Below, one piece after another: positions 19,854 through 28,824 of a DNA stretch of 64,000 nucleotides. Position 1 is the first letter of the stretch. Each line of letters opens with the position of its first letter. The translations under genes and the position numbers were made by a program. The notes beneath the pieces are model-generated. The model ran no database searches and was not told the origin of the DNA. It saw nothing but the letters and a program-made list of their open reading frames with translations. The stretch is from a virus (taxonomy: Duplodnaviria; Caudoviricetes), in the IMG/VR virus record IMGVR_UViG_3300035507_000199, positions 1 to 64,000 of that record; one strand, given 5' to 3'.

Positions 19854-22800
19854 TTATTCTTCTTCTGTTTCTTCCACTTCTTCTTCTGTTGATAATTTTA
19901 ATTCTAATTCTTGTATTCTTTGTTCAAGAGAATAAACTTTTTTAAATAACCATTCGATTGTTGTTTTTGGCTCATTATTTTCAGGATTATCAGAATCACT
20001 ATCTTCAAGATTCTCAGATTCATCATCATTAAGATTCTCAGATTCATTATTTTCGAGATTCTCCGATTCGCTATCTTCAAGATCTTCAAATTCACTATAA
20101 TCAAATACTGCATCTGAAGCAATAAAATCTTCAATATCTTTTGAAACAATAGTTCCTAATCCTTCAATCGGTTGATAAGTATTTTCAATTTCTTTTTTTG
20201 TTAAATAATTTTCTACACTTTCAGAAGCCATTGTTCCAGTTGTGTCAATCTTACTTAATGGAATATTATCTGGAAGTTTTTCTACCGTTAATTGAGGAAT
20301 GTCTTCTACAAGTAAATCTCTAACTGATGCACTTACTATACCATCTTCTTGAGATACTGTTGCTATTATCTGGCCGGTTCCGGCTGAAACAGCCGTCTTA
20401 TCAAGATTTTGTATTGCTGTTTTTCTAGAATCAATTTCATCTAAAATAGCTTTTTCTAAAGAAGCTAATGCAGTATTTAATGAATCTGTATTAGATAATA
20501 AAGTTGCTCCAGAATAACTATGTGTAAACCCTGTAATTGATAAACTTCCAATGTAAGCTTTAGATTCTGCAAAAGCACCAGTAGAAGCAGTTAATGTTAA
20601 ATTAGTTACTACATTACCATTTTCATTATTTGATAAACTTAAAAGAGGAATTTTAACAGTATGATCTGCTAAATTTTTAACATGACCCATCTCATCAATT
20701 CCAATAGAAGGAACTTTAAAAGTTATTCCAAAATTAGGAGTTTGATCACTGGTATCTCCTTTTGAAGTAGAAGCAACTCCAGCACTTGCATGTCCAATAG
20801 TTAAAGTATCATTATTTGCATCAGCTTTTAATGTAATCCATCTATTGCCCGGATTAATAGTTAAAGTATCTGTAATACTATCAGCTACAATATTCCCAGC
20901 AGAACTTGAACTTTCAGTCGTTAATGAGCTTGCGCTTCCGATTGTAAAAGTTTTAAAACTATTTGGCAGAGTATAAGTACAAGTTGCTTTTGAGGTTATA
21001 TGTCCTGCATCATCATAAGATAAAGTAGGAATTGAAAAAGTGTTTCCACTTGCACTTGCATTAAAGTCTACTGTTGAAGTACTTGTGGTAATGGTATGAA
21101 TATCATGGGAGAATGTTAATGAATTTGTTGTTCCATCAACAGTATCAATTCTAATCCATTTATTACCAGAGTTTAATGTCAATGTATCTTGAGTATTATC
21201 TGCTTCAACTGTTGTAGTTGTTGGTGAAGTGGTTGCATTTATTTTCTTATTCTTATCTTCGTCATCTTCACGTCCATTAGTTTTAATATACTTAAAACCA
21301 TAAGGTAAAGTATAAGTATGAGGCTGATTATTTGTCGCATGACCAGCATTATCAAAAGCAATATCATTAATAATAATAGTATTTTGAATGACATTTTCTT
21401 TTAGATTGTTTAAGTTAGTTGTTAATTCATCAGTATTTATAGAATGAATTTCATGCCCAATAGTTAAAGTATCACTATCTACATTAGCTCCTAAAGTAAT
21501 CCATTTATTACCAGAATTAATAGTTAAAGTATCTGTAATACTATCAGCTACAATATCTCCTGCTAAATTTAAACTTTTATCAGTTAATGAACTTGTTCCG
21601 ATTGTAAAAGTTTTAAAACTATTTGGTAAAGTATAAGTACATTTTTCTTCTGAAGTTATATGTCCTGCATTATCATAGGATAAAGTAGAAACTGAAAAAG
21701 CGCTTTCAGTTTTATTAAAATCTATTTCTGAAGAGCTAGTAGCAATTTCTTCTTGCTGATAATGAGTTAATGTGATTTTTGGTTCATTAACACTACTGTC
21801 AATTATAAAAGGTAACCATTGATTAGTTTCAAATTTTGCGCTATGAAGTCTTCCATAATCGTCTACAATCATAATCTGACCAGGAACCATTTTATGGAAT
21901 CTTGCAATAATATCTTGTAAATAGTTAATACATCCATTTACAGTTCTAGTATCACGTGTTAAATCATCATCATATTCAAGCACTTGATTTGTCTTTAAAA
22001 TTAATCCATTTTGAGTATTAAGATTTTTTGCATAATCTTTTAATTTTACCATATCCCAAGCATCAGTTCTTTTTCCAAGAACTATTGTAGCTGGTACTTT
22101 TTTAGCCTCAAAATTCCAAATAGCTCCCTTGTTATAAGTTCCAGTTTCATCTTCCATAACATAAAGAGAATCTCGCTTATAAAGAGTTGTTTGATCTGAA
22201 ATTGTATCATCCTTAACTAAAGTATAATTATCTTCTCCATTTATCGTTTCTTTTTCATAATATTCATAAGGTTCATAAACATCTTTTAACTCTACCTTTT
22301 CAGCATCTATTAAAGTGAAATATGGAGCTCTATCTTCCATGTAAGATTTATTTGTTGCTAAAAGATAACTTCCATCACTTTCATAATGATAAACTCCAGA
22401 TTGATAAAATTCACTTTGTTGAGTAAAAGCTTTATCACTTTCTTCCAAATCTTCTTGTTTAATACTACCAGTTTCTTTATTATATCCTAATATGTAATAA
22501 GTAGTATCTTTTTTCGGATCGATATCTGTTTTTCTTACTACATCAAAGCTTTGTGATCCTGTAGATACTTCACTTGAATATGTATAAAAAAGACCATCTA
22601 CAAAAGAAATTAAGTTTAAAGGTTTTCCTAAATCTAGTACAATAGAGTTTGTTACTGGCTCTAATTTTTCAGTTTTTCGATAATATTGCTTTGATGCATC
22701 ATAAGGATCTGAAGATAATTTATATATATTATTATCATAAATATAATATAATCCGCTTATATAATTTGTTTCATCAACATCAATTTTTTCATATACAGTT

Positions 22801-25559
22801 ATAACTTGATATTTGTTACCATCTTCAACAGTCTGACTTGCTATTGCATAATAAACAGTGTCTGATTGAGCTTTCTCATTTTTATCTAAGACATAAGATA
22901 CTGTAGCAATACTGTATGATGAACTCTTATAAGCATCTTCTAGAACTGATTCTGCAGTAAATTCTGTGCCGTCTTCTCTTGTTCCGCCTTCAATCTCAAA
23001 CCAAGAAGGAGATCCACTGGTTTTTTGATAATATTTCACTCCATTAGCAAGATTTCTTTTAAGATCACTTAATTCTATGTTTTTATCAACCACATTATAT
23101 TGCGCATAGTAATAAACTCCAGGAATATAAATTCCATTATAATCATGTTCTGGAATTTTTGTTATTTCTATTGCATTTTCTGGATGATAAATTAAATAAG
23201 TTCTATTTTTGGTAACAGATAAAGAGTTATCTATTGTATATCCTTCTTTAGATGTTTGTTGTTCACCTTCCCACTCATCTTCTTTTTTATACCAATAAGT
23301 TTTTGGCGCATATTCGGCAGATAAACTAACAGGATCACTTATAGTAACATTATAATAAGTTTTTCCACTATAATATTTTGTATCATAAATATAATCAGAA
23401 TGCAATTTTATATAATTTGCTTTTGCAGCTTCTTTATCTGCATCTCCTTTAATACCTTCATAAATACTATCCGGAATATCTATGTTTCCAGTATAATCTC
23501 TATATCTGCATATTATTTCTTGTCCATTACTATCTTGTAATGTTGGTGGGAAAGGATTAAGATTAACTTCAGAATATTCATTCTCTACATTAAGATATCT
23601 TTCATAATACGGACCTTTACTTTCCTTTTCTGCTTGAACGTATGTATTATCATCTTTTTTAATAAAATATTCTAAAATATTTGCATTACTTGGTAAAGAA
23701 GATATTTCTTTATATTCATAATTCTTTTCTGAAAGTTCTGTATATTCATAAGTTTTATGTTTTCTATAATATTCCCCAGTAGACTTAACACAATAAATTC
23801 TATCTTCATTAAAAGCACTTATAGAATTATTTATATTTTCTGGATCAATAGAATCACTATCATTCACAGGAGCAATAATCATACCCATTAAATCATGTGC
23901 TGTATTAATAGATCCTGCTAATGTATTAACCGCAGCTGTATTGTATATGCTAGTACCATGTCCAACTAATCGCAGTCCTTGACGATTTAGAGTATTTTTT
24001 GCGTCTTCCCAAGAAATATCCATATTTCTTTTACTGGTTTTCTCAATTTCACTATTGGTTGCTCTACCTCCATAAACAAGATCCCAAACATGCGCTATAG
24101 TATCTCCAACACCTGGAAGCATAATAGAAAGTTCTTGAATATCTTCCATTGGTTTTAAATCTATAGAACCATCATGTGGATTATATACGGTTCCACTTAA
24201 TCCCGTAGGCAATAAAGAAATATTATCTTTTTGATCCCAGTCTACATTAGGATTATAATGGTTTCTTCCTGATACAGATAAATCTTCACTATAACTAATA
24301 AATTCAGAGTCAAAGCCATCTTTATTAAAATAAATTGCTGCATCTATAAAATTTTTATCAGTTCCCCATAATGAATTTGCTTCATTATAATAAGTTTCTA
24401 TTTTTTTATTTTCTGAACTAGAATAATAATCTCTTTTCCAATAAGTCTGTTGATCTGATGGATAAAAAGTTTCATCAGAAGTTAGTAAAGTTGAAGCATC
24501 TGATATCCAATTACCATTTTGATCAATTTGCGCTCCTTTTAAACCGCTATTCGCGGCTTTAATTCTTACGCCCCATTGAGGCTGCCAATGAACTTTATAA
24601 TAAACATTTGTGCTATCTGTATCGAAATGAGGAACGATTGGCAACATTGTTGGTGCATCTGCTGATATTGCAAACGTTGGTACAACAGTATTTAATTCTG
24701 CAACCATTACATATTTTTCTGAACCACTTGAATAAACTTTCTGCCAAACAGTTGAATCAAACCCTCTACTATCTCCATACCAAGCAGTATCTATTGCATA
24801 ATTTGTTGTATAATATGAAATAGAATCTCCATTATTGCTTGAATTTGCTGAAATTTCCTTCCACGTTATAGAATAATTCTCTCCTTGTCCAGAATTTGCA
24901 CTATCTGAAGTTACGCCTTCTTTTAAAGTGACAGAAGCAATCCAATATGTAATAACAGTATTTGTTGAATAACAATTTCCTGCTATTATAGGTAAAATTG
25001 TTCCACTTTCTGTATAACTTGAAAGGATATATAATAATCCATTTATCATATAAGTTTGATTCTCTTGCTGTAAATTAACTGGATCATAATTATCTTCTCT
25101 AGATTCTTTATATTTTTTAAAATCGTTTTCTGTTGCCCATGTGTAAGAATAAGAATCCCCTGCGGGGGCATTAACTTTTACATATAATGTATCTGTATTA
25201 GCATCAAAACGTCTACTATACGCAGGAACTCTTGCAACGGTTTTATCTTTAACAATATTTCCTGTTGTCGTTGCGCCTCCTACAACTTTAGTCTTAAATT
25301 CTTGTATAATAATAACATCATTTATTTGAGCAGTATTCACTCCTGAATACATGGTTTTGTCATCACAAAAAAATTGTTGAAAAACAATAACATCTTGTTT
25401 TTCAGCATATGTTGCACTATCATATTCAACTAATACAAATCTACCTGCATAAACTCCATCAAGTCCACAACTTAAATCCATTGTATATCTATTTGGATAC
25501 GTTTTATCAAACTGAAATTGAGTTCTTGATGTATTTGTTATATTACCATAAAATCCCAT
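19854..25559 (-). CDS. Large tail/baseplate-fibre protein (1901 aa)
   Basis: Position in the tail-tip module; Tyr-rich repeats; three D-x-A-G-H...YTLP...DTLT-x-N-x-GN-x-WI units; acidic and coiled-coil C-terminus. Confidence 0.75.
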   Translation of the reverse strand: MGFYGNITNTSRTQFQFDKTYPNRYTMDLSCGLDGVYAGRFVLVEYDSATYAEKQDVIVFQQFFCDDKTMYSGVNTAQINDVIIIQEFKTKVVGGATTTGNIVKDKTVARVPAYSRRFDANTDTLYVKVNAPAGDSYSYTWATENDFKKYKESREDNYDPVNLQQENQTYMINGLLYILSSYTESGTILPIIAGNCYSTNTVITYWIASVTLKEGVTSDSANSGQGENYSITWKEISANSSNNGDSISYYTTNYAIDTAWYGDSRGFDSTVWQKVYSSGSEKYVMVAELNTVVPTFAISADAPTMLPIVPHFDTDSTNVYYKVHWQPQWGVRIKAANSGLKGAQIDQNGNWISDASTLLTSDETFYPSDQQTYWKRDYYSSSENKKIETYYNEANSLWGTDKNFIDAAIYFNKDGFDSEFISYSEDLSVSGRNHYNPNVDWDQKDNISLLPTGLSGTVYNPHDGSIDLKPMEDIQELSIMLPGVGDTIAHVWDLVYGGRATNSEIEKTSKRNMDISWEDAKNTLNRQGLRLVGHGTSIYNTAAVNTLAGSINTAHDLMGMIIAPVNDSDSIDPENINNSISAFNEDRIYCVKSTGEYYRKHKTYEYTELSEKNYEYKEISSLPSNANILEYFIKKDDNTYVQAEKESKGPYYERYLNVENEYSEVNLNPFPPTLQDSNGQEIICRYRDYTGNIDIPDSIYEGIKGDADKEAAKANYIKLHSDYIYDTKYYSGKTYYNVTISDPVSLSAEYAPKTYWYKKEDEWEGEQQTSKEGYTIDNSLSVTKNRTYLIYHPENAIEITKIPEHDYNGIYIPGVYYYAQYNVVDKNIELSDLKRNLANGVKYYQKTSGSPSWFEIEGGTREDGTEFTAESVLEDAYKSSSYSIATVSYVLDKNEKAQSDTVYYAIASQTVEDGNKYQVITVYEKIDVDETNYISGLYYIYDNNIYKLSSDPYDASKQYYRKTEKLEPVTNSIVLDLGKPLNLISFVDGLFYTYSSEVSTGSQSFDVVRKTDIDPKKDTTYYILGYNKETGSIKQEDLEESDKAFTQQSEFYQSGVYHYESDGSYLLATNKSYMEDRAPYFTLIDAEKVELKDVYEPYEYYEKETINGEDNYTLVKDDTISDQTTLYKRDSLYVMEDETGTYNKGAIWNFEAKKVPATIVLGKRTDAWDMVKLKDYAKNLNTQNGLILKTNQVLEYDDDLTRDTRTVNGCINYLQDIIARFHKMVPGQIMIVDDYGRLHSAKFETNQWLPFIIDSSVNEPKITLTHYQQEEIATSSSEIDFNKTESAFSVSTLSYDNAGHITSEEKCTYTLPNSFKTFTIGTSSLTDKSLNLAGDIVADSITDTLTINSGNKWITLGANVDSDTLTIGHEIHSINTDELTTNLNNLKENVIQNTIIINDIAFDNAGHATNNQPHTYTLPYGFKYIKTNGREDDEDKNKKINATTSPTTTTVEADNTQDTLTLNSGNKWIRIDTVDGTTNSLTFSHDIHTITTSTSTVDFNASASGNTFSIPTLSYDDAGHITSKATCTYTLPNSFKTFTIGSASSLTTESSSSAGNIVADSITDTLTINPGNRWITLKADANNDTLTIGHASAGVASTSKGDTSDQTPNFGITFKVPSIGIDEMGHVKNLADHTVKIPLLSLSNNENGNVVTNLTLTASTGAFAESKAYIGSLSITGFTHSYSGATLLSNTDSLNTALASLEKAILDEIDSRKTAIQNLDKTAVSAGTGQIIATVSQEDGIVSASVRDLLVEDIPQLTVEKLPDNIPLSKIDTTGTMASESVENYLTKKEIENTYQPIEGLGTIVSKDIEDFIASDAVFDYSEFEDLEDSESENLENNESENLNDDESENLEDSDSDNPENNEPKTTIEWLFKKVYSLEQRIQELELKLSTEEEVEETEEE
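19985..20080 (-). repeat. 24-bp coding tandem repeat x4 (acidic 8-aa units)
   Basis: Units start at 19985, 20009, 20033 and 20057 (GATT[CA]TC[AC]GA); encode LEDSESEN / LENNESEN / LNDDESEN / LEDSDSDN. Confidence 0.85.
20790..21720 (-). repeat. Intragenic duplication of an approximately 90-aa fibre unit (about 660 bp apart) with a more diverged middle copy
   Basis: ATTGTAAAAGTTTTAAAACTATTTGG at both 20941 and 21601; CTYTLPNSFKTFTIG and IVADSITDTLTIN occur twice. Confidence 0.9.
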
Positions 25560-25563
25560 TTAA

Positions 25564-25914
25564 TCAGTCCTCCCCATTATCATAAATAATATCCACTATT
25601 AGATATGCGTTATTATTTTCTGCAATTAATTTCATTGAATTTGCATCAAAAGAAATTGCACTAATTTCAGTTTGTTCATTTAAGTCTAATTCATAGATTC
25701 CTGTGCTACCTATAATGATAGGGTCAACCCCATCATTAAGGTAGAACTTAGTCCCAGGAAGTGCCTGAATACCTAACTGAAGAACTGGAAAATTATCTCC
25801 AAAAACAGAACCAGAAACAAAACTTGAACGCTCTGCATTTGTAGGCTGATTTGTAGATAGCCCTGTACCTGATGGCTCATTATAGTAACGATATTGTTTT
25901 ACTTTCTTTGCCAT
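25564..25914 (-). CDS. Small baseplate/tail-associated protein (116 aa)
   Basis: AAGGAG RBS; LGIQALPGTKFYLN...IIIGSTGIYEL motif echoed in the 877-aa neighbour. Confidence 0.75.
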   Translation of the reverse strand: MAKKVKQYRYYNEPSGTGLSTNQPTNAERSSFVSGSVFGDNFPVLQLGIQALPGTKFYLNDGVDPIIIGSTGIYELDLNEQTEISAISFDANSMKLIAENNNAYLIVDIIYDNGED

Positions 25915-25929
25915 ATTCTCCTTATCCTC

Positions 25930-28824
25930 CTAATATATTCTATCTACAGCTTTAGTCGCTGTAATTGACATTGTCCCATTATAATTTAATGGTAAGCTAA
26001 TTCTCGTAATAATATACTCACCATTAATACCACTATTATCATCTCGTATAAATATTCTTGTATTTGGTTGAAGATAATACACTGGTAATGCATTAATAGT
26101 AATTGTTTCTGTACAATAAGAATATTGATAGATAAAATCATCTAATGCATCTTGCGCAGATTTTCCTTGAGAACTAATAGTAAATAAATTTTCTAAATAA
26201 CTTTGTAATTTAAAAAATGTATATCCAGGTTTCAAGTCTTTCTGCTTATCTATTTCTTCCTGTATTTTTTCTTGGATTTCTTCTTCTGTTAATGGCCCTA
26301 AAGTATTATCTTTAGCCATTTCAACTTCCCATGCCTCTCTAATATCATCTTCAATCTGCGCAGGATCCAAAAAAATAACAGTCGGAGTATCTCTAAAATA
26401 AATGGCTTTTACATCAGAGTCATTAACAGATTTAGGCCTATCTCCAACATTATGAACTGAATATTGTGAAAGATCTCCACCATCATTATCTAAAAAATCA
26501 AACCAGAAATTTAAACTTTCTGGAGATTCTTTTACAGTTTTACTCCAATAAGACTCTTTATCAAACTCATCTTCAACTTTATAATAATAAATTCTATCAA
26601 GGTCAAAGGCATCACTAGAACTACCTTGTTTTAAATAATAAAAACTTGTTTTATTTTTATTAAAAGTCTCCTCTGAAATTTTTCTTACTGTATAAGTTCC
26701 ATATAATGTTAATGAATAATATTGATTTTTTGAATTATATTCATCATCTTCAGTGCATTGAACATACCAATAATAATCACTTGGATTACTTTCATATGCA
26801 GATTTATAGCATCCAGATATTGAATAGGTATAAGTATAATCTGGGTTATATAAATCCCTCCAGAAAGAATATAAATCAGTATAATATATTTCATATCCAG
26901 TATATCCACTAGAATAAAAATTTGGATTATTATTTGCAATATTTGATATAAAATCATCTTCTTTATGATGTTGCATATAATCAACTGCCATTTGATAAAT
27001 AATTTCACGCCAATCACAAATAGTAGCTTCCATATTTGCAAGTTTGTCTTTTACTTCATCAGTAATTTCTGATTCTGGTAATTTAGGTTTATAAATATAT
27101 GAAGTCCAACCTTGTTGATATTTACTGTTTAATAATTGTTTATAGGTATGATAGCAAGACATATGATTTGTAGTCACATCAACATATTTACTTGGATTGT
27201 GCGCTGTATAAGCTAAATCATTATCAGAGTTAACATCAAATAAAAATAAAGGTCTATCTGCATCCCAGCTAAGTCCTGCGCCTGTTCCAAAATATTTAGT
27301 CAAATCAATTTTTGTATATTCTGTCCAATAATTACTTAAAGTTTTATCTGGAAGTTCACCAGTTAAATATTCATAATATTTTGCCCAGTCTTCAATCTCC
27401 CACCAATCATCATTTAGTCCCTCTGGCATTACATGCGTCCTAAAAGTTTCTTTAGTAATAGTAGAAGATCCAGAAGAACCAAGATTATCCATATTTTCAT
27501 AATACTCTTGTGTCATATAAATATGTCCACCTAAAGTTTTATAAATATAAGGCTTTTTATCTATTGCATATCTTAAATGAACTGGAAGTTCTGAACCGCT
27601 TACTGATGTGCGCGTTCCCCAAATTGAAAAATCATTTTTTAAATTTGCTAAATTCGGAGAATTTGAAAATGAAGTAATTAAATTACTATCGTCAAATGAA
27701 TAATCGTCCGCAGATAAATAGGCTGAATTTTCTACATATGTTTCATCATTTGTAGTAATAATATTATTCCATGATACATTGGAATATGTCTTTTTTCTTT
27801 GAAATATAAATCTACCATCAATATCATAAAAATATTCAAAATCACCTAACATACTTACAATTTTATCAAGACATGAAGAAGTTAATGACTCTCCTACATT
27901 TCCAATTAAATCTCCTGCATAAGTTAATGAAGTTTCTCTATATCCAACTACATCTCCATAAGTGACCCTAATCACTGAATACGGAGTGCGTGTTGAATCT
28001 TGATTTACATAAATATAAGTGGGATTATTTATAGTTGTATCTAAAGAAATTCTATGATCATAACTGCCTTGTAATTCTTCAATATTTCCTAATGTTATAT
28101 TCTTATAAAGAACTCCGTTTATATAGCCATAATATCCGCCTTGATTTTCATTAAAAGACATACCCGTTACTTCACTAGTGTTTTGATTTACAATAAGAAA
28201 CATATCAGTTGAACCTCGATATTCCAAAAGTTCAACACCACAATCTTCCAAATCATTGATTACAATATTATGATAAGGTTCTTGCGCGAATTCATGCACT
28301 ACCTCTCTAATAATATCTTTAATTTCAATAGGCTCATTAACAGTATCACCTTCTGCGGTAATGTAATCCATCGTACCAAAATCATATGTTAATGAATATA
28401 TAGAACCTCCAATATCTCCATTCAACAAACACATTTTATCTTTTCCGGAAATTGAAATAGTATAAGAAGATGTTCCTTGAGATGTACTAAATGAAGTAAT
28501 TAAATAAACACCTTGTGGAAACCAAATAATATCTGGATATTCACTATTTATTTTATTCTTCATTCCAACAGCAAGTTTGAATTTTGTATTCATGCCCCAA
28601 TAATATTCATGAATATTCATTTCTTGCGCGACCATAGATAAGGAGCATGTGCGGCGGACCGCAGAGGTTCCATCAATGCTGACAGAACCTTGCGTTACTC
28701 TACCTGATACTTCTTCTACTGGATTTTCATTCAAATCTAAGGCAATAATTTTAGTATATATTTCACGCTCTTTTTGATTATCCAATTCTTTTAAGAAGTC
28801 TTTATCGTATAAAGGATTTCTCAT
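25930..28824 (-). CDS. Tail-tip hub / Tal-like structural protein
   Basis: GRVTQGSVSIDGTSAVRRTCSL N-terminus, FEYFYDIDGRFIFQ, C-terminal LPVYYLQPNTRI...GEYIITRISLPL...MSITA hub-like signature. Confidence 0.65.
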   Translation of the reverse strand: MRNPLYDKDFLKELDNQKEREIYTKIIALDLNENPVEEVSGRVTQGSVSIDGTSAVRRTCSLSMVAQEMNIHEYYWGMNTKFKLAVGMKNKINSEYPDIIWFPQGVYLITSFSTSQGTSSYTISISGKDKMCLLNGDIGGSIYSLTYDFGTMDYITAEGDTVNEPIEIKDIIREVVHEFAQEPYHNIVINDLEDCGVELLEYRGSTDMFLIVNQNTSEVTGMSFNENQGGYYGYINGVLYKNITLGNIEELQGSYDHRISLDTTINNPTYIYVNQDSTRTPYSVIRVTYGDVVGYRETSLTYAGDLIGNVGESLTSSCLDKIVSMLGDFEYFYDIDGRFIFQRKKTYSNVSWNNIITTNDETYVENSAYLSADDYSFDDSNLITSFSNSPNLANLKNDFSIWGTRTSVSGSELPVHLRYAIDKKPYIYKTLGGHIYMTQEYYENMDNLGSSGSSTITKETFRTHVMPEGLNDDWWEIEDWAKYYEYLTGELPDKTLSNYWTEYTKIDLTKYFGTGAGLSWDADRPLFLFDVNSDNDLAYTAHNPSKYVDVTTNHMSCYHTYKQLLNSKYQQGWTSYIYKPKLPESEITDEVKDKLANMEATICDWREIIYQMAVDYMQHHKEDDFISNIANNNPNFYSSGYTGYEIYYTDLYSFWRDLYNPDYTYTYSISGCYKSAYESNPSDYYWYVQCTEDDEYNSKNQYYSLTLYGTYTVRKISEETFNKNKTSFYYLKQGSSSDAFDLDRIYYYKVEDEFDKESYWSKTVKESPESLNFWFDFLDNDGGDLSQYSVHNVGDRPKSVNDSDVKAIYFRDTPTVIFLDPAQIEDDIREAWEVEMAKDNTLGPLTEEEIQEKIQEEIDKQKDLKPGYTFFKLQSYLENLFTISSQGKSAQDALDDFIYQYSYCTETITINALPVYYLQPNTRIFIRDDNSGINGEYIITRISLPLNYNGTMSITATKAVDRIY

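Noticed and set aside
20790-21720. Possible DGR template/variable repeat pair
   Set aside because: Mismatches are not adenine-specific, both copies are in frame within one gene and no reverse transcriptase is in the window
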